34,578 nt of DNA from a virus (lineage: Duplodnaviria; Caudoviricetes). Numbering within the stretch: the stretch's first letter is position 1; each line of letters begins with the position of its first letter. The stretch covers positions 1 through 34,578 of IMG/VR virus record IMGVR_UViG_3300048578_000232. One strand, given 5' to 3'. Below are positions 7,778 to 15,812 of this stretch, piece by piece. The notes under the pieces are model-generated. The model worked only from the letters and a program-made list of their open reading frames with translations, did not search any database and was not told the DNA's origin. Position numbers and translations under genes: made by a program.

Positions 7778-8089
7778 ATGACGCTCCCCAATGTGTCGGC
7801 TGTGGTCGCCTACCTCCAGGCCGAGGGCTGGAAAATCGGCAAATCCAAGGCCTACGCGGACGCGAAAAGCCCAGGCCGGTTGCTGGTCCAGGCTGACGGG
7901 TCCGTCCTGCAGGCGGATGCCGACCGCTACGCCCGGGACTTTTTGGGCCGGGCCGATGATGTGGCCGCCATCCAGCGCGAGCTGCTGCTCGTGGAGCTGG
8001 AGATCAAACGCCTGCAGCGGGACCGGCTGCGCCTCCGCCTCACTGCGGAGCGCCAGCAGGCGGCAAACCAGGACAGGGTGGTGTCTTGA
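7778..8089 (+). CDS. Short paralog of the TerS-like protein
   Basis: VAYLQAEGWKIGKSKAYADAK aligns with LAYLQGRGFAIGKTKFYDDCK of 5719-6447. Short coiled coil; overlaps the TerL start. Confidence 0.75.
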   Translation: MTLPNVSAVVAYLQAEGWKIGKSKAYADAKSPGRLLVQADGSVLQADADRYARDFLGRADDVAAIQRELLLVELEIKRLQRDRLRLRLTAERQQAANQDRVVS

Positions 8090-9966
8090 GCGACCCCGAG
8101 TTTTTCCGCTTCAGCGACGCCGAGCGCCGCATTTTCAAAAAGCGCATCCGCCCGCGTCCGTCCGAGTGGGCGGCGCGCAACATCGTGGTGCAGGACGGCC
8201 CCTACGCCGGCTCGCGGCTGCGCATGGACGTCACGCCGTACATGCCGGGCATCATGGACACGCTGTTTTTGCGCCACGTCGAAGAGGTAGCCGTCTGCGC
8301 CTCGCCGCAGATCAGCAAATCCGAACTGCTCATGGCCAGCCTGTTTTACTCGATGGAGTTTTACCCCGGCCCCAAAATGCTGGCCATGCCCGACGAGGAC
8401 ACCCTGGCCCGGGCCGTCGAGAAAAAGCTGCTGCCGCGAATCCGTGGCTCGGCCTCCCTGCGCAAGCTGCTCCTGCGCTACGCCAAAGGCACTCTGGAGC
8501 TCACCGACGGTTCGCCGGTCTACCTCGCCTCGGCCCAGTCACCGAGCCAGCGCGCCTCGGTGTCGGTCATGCATTTGTTCCTCGACGAGGTCGACCTCTA
8601 CCGCCAGCTGGCCGGCCAGGGCGCGCCGGTCACCGAGTTCGATGAGCGCACGATCAGCTACGACGGAAAGCGGAAAAAACTCAAAATATCCAAACCGCTG
8701 GGCGATGACTCCAGTGTCATCTGGACGACGGTCCACGCCTGCGACGAGCTGCGAACCTGGAATGTGCCATGCCCGGCCTGCGGCACGGTGCAGATCATGG
8801 ACGAGGACCACGTGGTCGCCCTGGAGGATTGCCGCGACCCCAAGGAGATCAAGCGCCGCCGCCTTGGGCGCTACCGCTGCCCGCACTGCAAATACCTCTG
8901 GACCGACCACGCCCGGAACCAGGCCGTTTCTCGCGGCGAGTGGATCGCCGAAAATCCCGTACACCAACCGCGCAGCGTCGGTTTCATCCTGCCGTCGTTG
9001 GTGTCACGTTTCGTGAGCCTCTCCGAGTTCATGGCCGACAAGATCACGGCCGAGGACTCCGACGACGACCGGGTCAAGCGCGATTTCGCCAACGGCCGCT
9101 GCGCCAAGCCGTACAAGGCCGTGACCCTGGAGACCCGGGAGGAGACGGTGCTGCAGCGCCGGGCCATGTGGCTGCCGGCCAAGACCGTGCCGGCCGAGGC
9201 CGTGGCGCTCACCTGCGGCATCGACACCCAGGCCCGGGATTTTTGGTTTACCACCATCGCCTGGGGGCCGTTGCTCCAGGGCTGGGTCATCGACTACGGC
9301 CAGATCCGCACCTGGGAGGACGTGGTTTCGCTGGTGCATCACACGCGCTACCCGGTGCTGGGCCAGCCCGGCCGTGACATGGGCATCTGGCGCGCGGCCA
9401 TCGACTCCGGCGGCAACGCCACCGAGCACGAGATCCTCACCCGCACCGAGGAGGTCTACGCCTGGTGCCGCGCCCACGGCGGCGGCCGGCTGCATCCGGC
9501 CAAGGGGCGCAGCCGCGACCACCACGTGCCCGTCTCCTGGACCGTCATCGACAAACTGCCGCACAGCGGCCGGGCCATCCCCGGCGGCCTGACCCTCTAC
9601 CTGCTCGACGTCAACCACCTCAAAATGCACTTTTTCCGCCGCCTCTCGCCCGAGGCGCGCCAGCCCATCCTGCTCCACGCCGGCGTCGGCGAGGACTACG
9701 CCCGCCAGATCGCGGCCGAGCGGCTCGTCAAGGACAAGACCGGCAAGCCGACCTGGGAGCTGCTCAACCGGCAAAACCACCTGCTCGACTCCTCCATGCT
9801 GGCGCTGTCCTGCGTGGACGACTCCTGGTCGCCGAGCCTGCGCTGGATGCTGGAGCACCAGGAGGAGAGCGCCGACGCCCGTCCCCAGGACCGCCACGAC
9901 CAGGCCCCGGCCGGCCTGCTCGCTCACGCCGCCAGCCGCGCCAGCGCCATCCTGGCCAACCGCTAA
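8086..9966 (+). CDS. terL: Terminase large subunit, lambda GpA family
   Basis: PSEWA, TPYMPGIMD, Walker A-like SPQISKS, Walker B LFLDEVD, CPACG/CPHC, nuclease GIDTQ, AIDSGG and NHLLD. Confidence 0.93.
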   Translation: MSDPEFFRFSDAERRIFKKRIRPRPSEWAARNIVVQDGPYAGSRLRMDVTPYMPGIMDTLFLRHVEEVAVCASPQISKSELLMASLFYSMEFYPGPKMLAMPDEDTLARAVEKKLLPRIRGSASLRKLLLRYAKGTLELTDGSPVYLASAQSPSQRASVSVMHLFLDEVDLYRQLAGQGAPVTEFDERTISYDGKRKKLKISKPLGDDSSVIWTTVHACDELRTWNVPCPACGTVQIMDEDHVVALEDCRDPKEIKRRRLGRYRCPHCKYLWTDHARNQAVSRGEWIAENPVHQPRSVGFILPSLVSRFVSLSEFMADKITAEDSDDDRVKRDFANGRCAKPYKAVTLETREETVLQRRAMWLPAKTVPAEAVALTCGIDTQARDFWFTTIAWGPLLQGWVIDYGQIRTWEDVVSLVHHTRYPVLGQPGRDMGIWRAAIDSGGNATEHEILTRTEEVYAWCRAHGGGRLHPAKGRSRDHHVPVSWTVIDKLPHSGRAIPGGLTLYLLDVNHLKMHFFRRLSPEARQPILLHAGVGEDYARQIAAERLVKDKTGKPTWELLNRQNHLLDSSMLALSCVDDSWSPSLRWMLEHQEESADARPQDRHDQAPAGLLAHAASRASAILANR

Positions 9967-9976
9967 CGAGGACACC

Positions 9977-10192
9977 ATGCGCCACACCAATATTGCCTAC
10001 GACCGCTCCGCCCACGGCCAGCTCCTCAACGTCCGGCAGGTCACGGAGCGCCTCAACTGTGGCAAGACGTTTGTTTACGACCTGATCCGCGACGGCAAAC
10101 TGGAGGCCGTGCGTCTTGGCGCGGTCAAAGGACTTCGCGTCACCTTGAAATCGGTTGACAAATATCGCCGAAGCCGCGAGAGGCAGGAGTAG
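9977..10192 (+). CDS. Xis/MerR-like HTH_17 DNA-binding protein
   Basis: LLNVRQVTERLNCGKTFVYDLIRDGKLEAVRLG...LRV; SD GAGGA. Confidence 0.85.
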   Translation: MRHTNIAYDRSAHGQLLNVRQVTERLNCGKTFVYDLIRDGKLEAVRLGAVKGLRVTLKSVDKYRRSRERQE

Positions 10193-10206
10193 AGGAGGGC
10201 GTGGCC

Positions 10207-10485
10207 ATGAGACGGATCGCGGCAATCATGCTGACGGTGATGGGACTGGCGATGATCGCCGTGCCTGCCGCCCTGGCCGGCCAGGAAACGCGGGTCTATG
10301 ACGCCAAGGGGCGCTACCAGGGCCGGGCCACGACCAACACCGCTAACCCGCGCCAGCAAAATCTCTACGACGCCAAGGGGCATTACGTCGGCCGGGTGAT
10401 GACGGACAGCAACGGCAACGCGCGGCTCTACGACCAGCACGGCAAATACCAGGGTAGGGCGTCGGAGATGAAGTTTAGAAAGTAA
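10207..10485 (+). CDS. Small secreted protein with three YDxxGxYxGR repeats
   Basis: Signal peptide MRRIAAIML..ALA; repeats YDAKGRYQGR, YDAKGHYVGR and YDQHGKYQGR. SD GAGGAGG fits ATG 10207. Confidence 0.8.
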   Translation: MRRIAAIMLTVMGLAMIAVPAALAGQETRVYDAKGRYQGRATTNTANPRQQNLYDAKGHYVGRVMTDSNGNARLYDQHGKYQGRASEMKFRK

Positions 10486-10538
10486 TGTGTTCTTTGTTGT
10501 GGCTTTACTTCACAATATTATAAAATAAAGAGTTTTGC

Positions 10539-11354
10539 ATGTTTATAGAAGTATTCCTTTCTGTGGTTGCTTCAACAGGAGTTGTGTCAATAATTGGTTT
10601 GCTTCTTAAAGATTGGTTTGTTTTGAAAGTTACAAAAGCCGTTGAATACTCAAACCAATTGAAGCTTGAAGAGTATAAAAATAAGCTTGCCGGCGAAAAC
10701 TTAAAGATTATTGAAACGTACAAGCAAGAATTTACTCGTGAAATGACGCACAGAGAGTTAATGCAGAAATCAATGTATGATTGTGTATCATTTTATAATA
10801 AAGAAAGAATTTCGAATGCATTGTTTTTATGGAAATCTGTGGTCAATTTACGTAAGATTGTACCGCTGCCAGTTCAGTATTTAGACTCTTTGGAAGAGGA
10901 CAAATATAAAACATATTTTGATGAACATGTTAAGAATAACCCAGGATTTCAAATTGATATTTCTGTTTTTAATTCAGAATATAACAATTTGAGTAATGAC
11001 GAGGTCCGGCTGTACGTTGGGGGATATATTTGGAATTTGTATAGTATATACAGGGTTGTTGTGCATTCAGTGGTGAGTAATTATTATGATGGGTGTGTAA
11101 CTAGCCATTTCTCTCCATGGTATCGAGATGATTGGTTTGTCAAGCAGCTTAAAGATTTTTACAGTATTGATGATTATGCTTATTTTTCCAGCCTTAAAAA
11201 AGGTCGTTTGTATTGGTTTGAGAAGTCGATTGAAGATAAATTAATAGCAGCAATAACTGATATTTTTTATGGGAAAGAAACGCGTGATGTTGCAGCGAAA
11301 GAAATAACTGACATTGAGCAACGACTCTTACAATTCCGCGCAGGAGAAAACTAA
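10539..11354 (+). CDS. AT-rich moron: hypothetical protein with N-terminal hydrophobic helix
   Basis: 271-aa open frame in strongly AT-rich DNA with an N-terminal TM-like segment then a charged helix. Possible promoter TTGTGG-18-TAAAAT at 10497-10526. Confidence 0.85.
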   Translation: MFIEVFLSVVASTGVVSIIGLLLKDWFVLKVTKAVEYSNQLKLEEYKNKLAGENLKIIETYKQEFTREMTHRELMQKSMYDCVSFYNKERISNALFLWKSVVNLRKIVPLPVQYLDSLEEDKYKTYFDEHVKNNPGFQIDISVFNSEYNNLSNDEVRLYVGGYIWNLYSIYRVVVHSVVSNYYDGCVTSHFSPWYRDDWFVKQLKDFYSIDDYAYFSSLKKGRLYWFEKSIEDKLIAAITDIFYGKETRDVAAKEITDIEQRLLQFRAGEN

Positions 11355-11386
11355 TCACGCCATGATTCGATGCTCCGGGCAAATGC

Positions 11387-11821
11387 CTACGCCGCCCGCT
11401 CCCGCAGCTCCATCACCACCTCCTGCCCCAGGGCCAAAAACGCTGCATCGAGCGCCTCCAGCCGGGAGGCGTGATTGAGGTCCAGCAACCGGTCGGCGTG
11501 TTGCCGGGCGATGCCCATGCGGCGGGCCAGTTCGGCCTTGGTCACGTTCTGGCGGCGCATGGCCACGTAGAGCAGCACCTTGAGAGCGGTCTGGGTGCCC
11601 AGGCGCACGGGATGCAGATCCTCCGCCGGCTGGCTGGCCGGAAGGGGGATGTCCTTTTTCTGGGCCATGCGGGCGGCCAGGGCCTCCTCGATGGCGGCCA
11701 CGGCGTAGCCGAGGGCGTCCTGGGCGTCCTCCCCAAAGGTGGCAACTTCGGGCAGATCGGGGCAGGTGACCAGAACGGTGTCGTTGTCGTCAGGTGTCAG
11801 CAGCACGTGATAGTTGAGCAT
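11387..11821 (-). CDS. hicB: HicB-family antitoxin with C-terminal HTH
   Basis: VTCPDLPEVATFGEDAQDAL; HTH TKAELARRMG...RLLDLNH; directly downstream of hicA. Confidence 0.92.
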   Translation of the reverse strand: MLNYHVLLTPDDNDTVLVTCPDLPEVATFGEDAQDALGYAVAAIEEALAARMAQKKDIPLPASQPAEDLHPVRLGTQTALKVLLYVAMRRQNVTKAELARRMGIARQHADRLLDLNHASRLEALDAAFLALGQEVVMELRERAA

Positions 11822-11831
11822 GTTGTTTCTC

Positions 11832-12020
11832 CTACTTGAGCCCGAGCTGTTTGAGGATCGCGTTGACCAGCCCTTTGCCGAGCTCCTTGCCCTGGCCGTG
11901 CATGGGCAGCTGCGCGGTCTTGTCGCCGAGGGTGACGGTCAGATGGCCCGAGCCGCCCTTGTGCGTCTCGAAGGTGCATCCCTGCTTCGCCAACCACCGC
12001 TTGAGTTCCGCGCTGTTCAT
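11832..12020 (-). CDS. hicA: HicA-family mRNA interferase toxin
   Basis: 62 aa, MNSAELKRWLAKQG..GGSGH..LPMHG..ELGKGLVNAILKQLGLK. Confidence 0.92.
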   Translation of the reverse strand: MNSAELKRWLAKQGCTFETHKGGSGHLTVTLGDKTAQLPMHGQGKELGKGLVNAILKQLGLK

Positions 12021-12073
12021 GAATGCACCATAAGTGGTGACGGCCATTTTGTCAACATAAGTGGTGACAAAAT
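12021..12073 (-). promoter_or_regulatory. hicAB sigma70 promoter with two palindromic operators
   Basis: Minus-strand TTGACA (12055-12050), 17 nt, TATGGT (12032-12027). Operators CACCA-TAAG-TGGTG (12026-12039) and ATTTTGTCAACA-TAAG-TGGTGACAAAAT (12046-12073) overlap the -10 and -35. Confidence 0.8.
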
Positions 12074-12099
12074 AGGTTGGAAGAACTATTTTTCGCCGG

Positions 12100-12124
12100 T
12101 GCAATTTCAGCCCCCGAAATTGCA
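12100..12124. promoter_or_regulatory. 9-bp inverted repeat, operator-like
   Basis: TGCAATTTC-N7-GAAATTGCA in the divergent intergenic region. Confidence 0.45.
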
Positions 12125-12205
12125 TCCCCTGCCGCCCGCCTGAAACCCTCGCCACGCCTCGCTTCCCGGGCCATCCGCCGGTCTCGAAAACCGCCTGAAA
12201 AAACC

Positions 12206-12241
12206 GTCCGTATTTTCCGTATCGTCCGTATCTTCCGCTAT
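12206..12241 (+). repeat. Four tandem 9-bp repeats upstream of the head operon
   Basis: GTCCGTATT TTCCGTATC GTCCGTATC TTCCGCTAT, ending 31 nt before ATG 12273. Confidence 0.75.
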
Positions 12242-12272
12242 TGGGCCTGGGATGGTGTGCTAGCCCCTCGGC

Positions 12273-12509
12273 ATGGCCATATTCACCGCCGCCGAAAAGG
12301 CCCAGCACATCGCCGCCTGGAAAGTCACGCTCCTGGCTGTCGCCGAGGGACAGGAGGTCGTCCATGGCACACGCCGTCTGCGCCGGGCCGACCTGCCGTG
12401 GATCCAGTCGCACCTCGACTGGCTCGACTCCCTGCCCACTGTCGAGGATGAGGCGGCCGGACGTGGATCGCCGCAGTTCTTCGAGGCCATCCCCAGGCGG
12501 TACTCCTGA
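12273..12509 (+). CDS. Head completion protein (gpW-like)
   Basis: 78 aa directly before the portal gene; GQEV..GTRRLRRADL motif; stop overlaps the portal start. Confidence 0.75.
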   Translation: MAIFTAAEKAQHIAAWKVTLLAVAEGQEVVHGTRRLRRADLPWIQSHLDWLDSLPTVEDEAAGRGSPQFFEAIPRRYS

Positions 12510-14101
12510 TGGCCGCCAACTGGCTCGACCGCGCCATCGGCTACGTCCTGCCCGAGCGCGGCCTGCGCCGGGCTTTTGCCCGGGCCGGCATGGAGGCGCT
12601 CGGCGGCGTGGTGCAGGGCGTGCGCCGCACGGCCGCCAGCCGCGAGGGGACGCTGGCCAATTTCTACCCCACCCGGCAAAACGGCTGGTCGGCCGAGCGC
12701 GACGCCGATCTCATCCGCGACCGGGCCGAGTCGCTGATCGCCAGTGACGGGCTGGCCTCCTCCTGCATCAACTCCCTGGCGCTCAACATCATCGGCCCGG
12801 GCCTGCGGCCGCAGTCCACCCCGGACATCCAGGCCCTGGGCATCGGCGACGACGAGGCCGACGCCTTTGCCGAGTCCGCCGAGCGTGCCTGGGAGCTGTG
12901 GTGCCGCGAGGCCGACGCCGCCGGCTGCAGCCATCTCAACGACCTGCAGTACCAGCTCATGCACACGCTGCTGGGGCTGGGCGAGTTTATCCAAGTGCCG
13001 GTCTGGATCGACGATCCCGGCCGCCATTTCGGCCTGGCCCTGCAGACCCTGCATCCGTCGCGGCTGCGCACGCCCAGCGACCTGCAGGCCAATCCCAACA
13101 TCCGGCGCGGCATCGAGATCGGCGACTACGGCCGGCCCGTGGCCTACTGGTTGGCCGAGCCTACTGACAACCGGCCGATGGCCGGGCTGTCCAGCGGCCA
13201 TTTCCGGCGCGTCCCCCGCCTGATCGCCCACCGTTGGGGCTGTTTCCACCGCTACAACTGCATCGACCCCGAGGCCCTGCGCGGCGAGTCCATCCTGGCC
13301 CCGGCCATGAAACTGTTTGCCGACCTCTCGGCCTACGTCGACTCCGAGCTGGTGGGCGCGGTCATCGCAGCCAGCCTGACGGTGTTCTTGGAGTCGCCCG
13401 GCAACGCCATGGGCCTGCCGGACGTCAACCTCGACGGCTCCAAAAAGGCCGGCAAGACGGGCTACCCCCGGGAGTTCGCCCCGGGAACGGTGGTCACGGG
13501 CCGGCCCGGCGACAAGCCGCATCTGCTGGCCAACCCCCGGCCGAGCGACAGCTTTGACCCGTTTTATTCGCGCCTCTCCAAGCTGGTCACGGCCACGGCC
13601 GGCCAGTCGCTGGGCATCGTGAGCAAGGATTTTTCCCAGTCCAATTACAGCTCGGCCCGGGCCGAGCTGCTCGAGGCCGGCAAGGTCCACATCCTGGAGC
13701 AGGACCGCATCATCCGGGGCTATCTCCAGTGCCTCTACGAGATGGTGCTCGAGGAAGCCTTCTGGCGCGGGATGCTGGCGATGCCTCGTCGCGTCCCGGA
13801 TTTTTACGCGGCCCGGGCCGCCCTGTGCGCCAGCACCTGGACCCGCCCGCCGCGCGGCCAGATCGACATCGTCAAGGAGCGCACCGGCGAGCAGCTCGGC
13901 CTGTCCAGCCTCACGGACTCCCATTCCGACATCCTCAACGCGCGCGGCACGGACACCGAGACCATGGCCCGCAAGATCGCCCGGGATCGCCGGATTTTCG
14001 AGCGCTACGGCCTCGATGTCGGCGTGTCCTCGGTTTCCATCGCCGTCCAGGTGCCGGCCAACGACGCCGACGAGTCACCCAAGAAGGAGGCCGACCAGTG
14101 A
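12509..14101 (+). CDS. Portal protein, lambda family
   Basis: IRDRAESL, NIIGPGL, GIEIGDYGRPVAYW, RGESILAP and NYSSARAELLE; 530 aa. Confidence 0.93.
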   Translation: MAANWLDRAIGYVLPERGLRRAFARAGMEALGGVVQGVRRTAASREGTLANFYPTRQNGWSAERDADLIRDRAESLIASDGLASSCINSLALNIIGPGLRPQSTPDIQALGIGDDEADAFAESAERAWELWCREADAAGCSHLNDLQYQLMHTLLGLGEFIQVPVWIDDPGRHFGLALQTLHPSRLRTPSDLQANPNIRRGIEIGDYGRPVAYWLAEPTDNRPMAGLSSGHFRRVPRLIAHRWGCFHRYNCIDPEALRGESILAPAMKLFADLSAYVDSELVGAVIAASLTVFLESPGNAMGLPDVNLDGSKKAGKTGYPREFAPGTVVTGRPGDKPHLLANPRPSDSFDPFYSRLSKLVTATAGQSLGIVSKDFSQSNYSSARAELLEAGKVHILEQDRIIRGYLQCLYEMVLEEAFWRGMLAMPRRVPDFYAARAALCASTWTRPPRGQIDIVKERTGEQLGLSSLTDSHSDILNARGTDTETMARKIARDRRIFERYGLDVGVSSVSIAVQVPANDADESPKKEADQ

Positions 14102-15417
14102 GCATCCAGTCGCAACGTCTGTGGGCCATGGAGCCCGAGCGCCTGGCCGGCCTGTTTCGGGAGATGAAAGCGCGCGGCTTGCCGGACGCTGCCGCCGTGG
14201 CCGCCATGGCCGCCGCCGGCGGCCGCGAGGAGCCGCTCTACCAGCGCGTCGGCCCCCTGGCCGTCATCGAGATGCACGGCGCTCTCGCCAAGGAGGGCAG
14301 CTACTGGTGGGGCATCGCCTCCATGCGCCAGATCGGCGCGGCGCTGCTTCAGGCGGCGGGCGATGCCGGCGTCAAGGGCATCCTCCTCGACGTCGATTCG
14401 CCCGGCGGCACCGTGGACGGCACCGAGGAGCTGGCCGGCATCGCCCGGGCCGTGGCCGCCGTCAAACCCCTCTACGTCTACGCCGGCGACCTCATGTGCT
14501 CGGCCGCCTACTGGATCGGCGCGCAAGCCCGGGAGATCTGCTCCCAGGCCACGGCCATGCTCGGCTCCATCGGCGTGATCATGACCCACACCGACTGGTC
14601 GGGCTGGGATGAGCAGGCCGGGGTCGACGTCACCTACCTGACCGCCGGTCATTTCAAGGCGTTGGGCAATGCCCACGAGGCGCTCTCCGACGAGGCCCGG
14701 GCCTATCTGCAGCAGCATCTCGACGCCACCTACGCCGAGTTTTTGGCGGCCGTGGCCGCCGGCCGCCGCGTGAGCGCCGAGCAGGCCCTGGCTATGGCCG
14801 ACGGCAAAATCTTTCTGGGGCGGCAGGCCCTGGAGCTGGGGCTCGTGGACCGGCTCGAAAGCCGCGCCGAATACATCAACCGCATCGTGCAGGAGGTGCA
14901 CATGGATCTGGCCAAACTCAAGGCCGAGCATCCCGGCGTGGTCAAGGATCTGCGCGCCGAGATCGAGACGGAACTGTCCGCCGGCCACACGACCGCCATC
15001 ACGGCCGCCGTCGAGGGTGAGCGCTCACGCGTGCTGGGCGTCGTCGGCGTGCTGGTCGGCGAGGAGCAGGGCGGCCGCATCGCCGCTGTCGTCGGCTCGG
15101 GCGTCACCGCCGAGCAGGCCAAGGCCCTGGGCGCGGCCCTGGGCGGCGTCGGACAGCCCGCCCAGGCGCAGGCCGACCAGCCCGGGGCCGGATCGCCCTC
15201 GGCCAAGCAGGCCTTGGATCTGCTCGCCAAGGCTGCCGCGGATCCCCTCAACCAGTCCGGCGACCCGCGCGCGGCGGCCCCGGATTTTGACGCGCTGGTC
15301 AAGGCGGAAATGGACAAAGGCACGAGCCGTGGCAAGGCCATGGCGGCCGTGGCCAAGGCCAACCCCGAGGCCCACAAGGCCTGGATCGCCAAGCACAACC
15401 CCAAGGAGGGCCAGTAA
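14098..15417 (+). CDS. S49/SppA-family prohead protease with C-terminal scaffold (lambda gpC-like)
   Basis: LLDVDSPGG, MCSAAYW, GSIGV and ALELGLVD; GTGA overlap with the portal stop. Confidence 0.9.
   Translation: MSIQSQRLWAMEPERLAGLFREMKARGLPDAAAVAAMAAAGGREEPLYQRVGPLAVIEMHGALAKEGSYWWGIASMRQIGAALLQAAGDAGVKGILLDVDSPGGTVDGTEELAGIARAVAAVKPLYVYAGDLMCSAAYWIGAQAREICSQATAMLGSIGVIMTHTDWSGWDEQAGVDVTYLTAGHFKALGNAHEALSDEARAYLQQHLDATYAEFLAAVAAGRRVSAEQALAMADGKIFLGRQALELGLVDRLESRAEYINRIVQEVHMDLAKLKAEHPGVVKDLRAEIETELSAGHTTAITAAVEGERSRVLGVVGVLVGEEQGGRIAAVVGSGVTAEQAKALGAALGGVGQPAQAQADQPGAGSPSAKQALDLLAKAAADPLNQSGDPRAAAPDFDALVKAEMDKGTSRGKAMAAVAKANPEAHKAWIAKHNPKEGQ
14902..15417 (+). CDS. Nested in-frame scaffolding protein (Nu3-like)
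   Basis: AGGAGG at 14891-14896 precedes an in-frame ATG at 14902, exactly after the protease domain. Confidence 0.6.
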   Translation: MDLAKLKAEHPGVVKDLRAEIETELSAGHTTAITAAVEGERSRVLGVVGVLVGEEQGGRIAAVVGSGVTAEQAKALGAALGGVGQPAQAQADQPGAGSPSAKQALDLLAKAAADPLNQSGDPRAAAPDFDALVKAEMDKGTSRGKAMAAVAKANPEAHKAWIAKHNPKEGQ

Positions 15418-15789
15418 ATGTCCTACCTTAACGCGCAGCGCCGGACGTTTCCGGCCTCGGCCGCGCTCAACGCCTACCGGCTGGTGACGCTGGCCGCCGG
15501 CGCGGTGAGCGAGTGCGACGCCGACGACGCGCCGCTCGGCGTCACCGAATACGGCGTCTCCGCCGGTGATCTGGTGAGCATCCGCCTGCTCAACACCTCG
15601 GGCACCATCGAGCTGGAGGCCTCGGGCGCGGTGGCGGCCGGCGACCTGGTCGTGCTGGCCGCCGGCGGCAAGGCGGTCACGGACCCGGGCGCGGGCGAGC
15701 GCACCGTCATCGGCCGCAGCCTGGTCGCCGGCACCGCCGGCGGCGTCATTGAGGTCGTGCCCTTCGGCTACGGCCATAACCTGAGCTAG
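15418..15789 (+). CDS. Capsid decoration/cement protein (DUF2190-like)
   Basis: 123-aa Ala/Gly-rich beta protein between protease and capsid; GAVAAGDLV and VIGRSL. Confidence 0.72.
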   Translation: MSYLNAQRRTFPASAALNAYRLVTLAAGAVSECDADDAPLGVTEYGVSAGDLVSIRLLNTSGTIELEASGAVAAGDLVVLAAGGKAVTDPGAGERTVIGRSLVAGTAGGVIEVVPFGYGHNLS

Positions 15790-15812
15790 CGGCGCGCACG
15801 GAGGTCGCAACA

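Noticed and set aside
11832-12413. 193-aa extended HicA from the ORF track
   Set aside because: The HicA domain starts at ATG 12020; the extension runs through its own promoter and the gpW-like gene.
513-13924. Other long antisense or alternate-frame ORFs (513-2180, 3833-5662, 5467-6579, 9004-9990, 12260-13924)
   Set aside because: They overlap well-supported plus-strand genes and look like codon-bias shadows.
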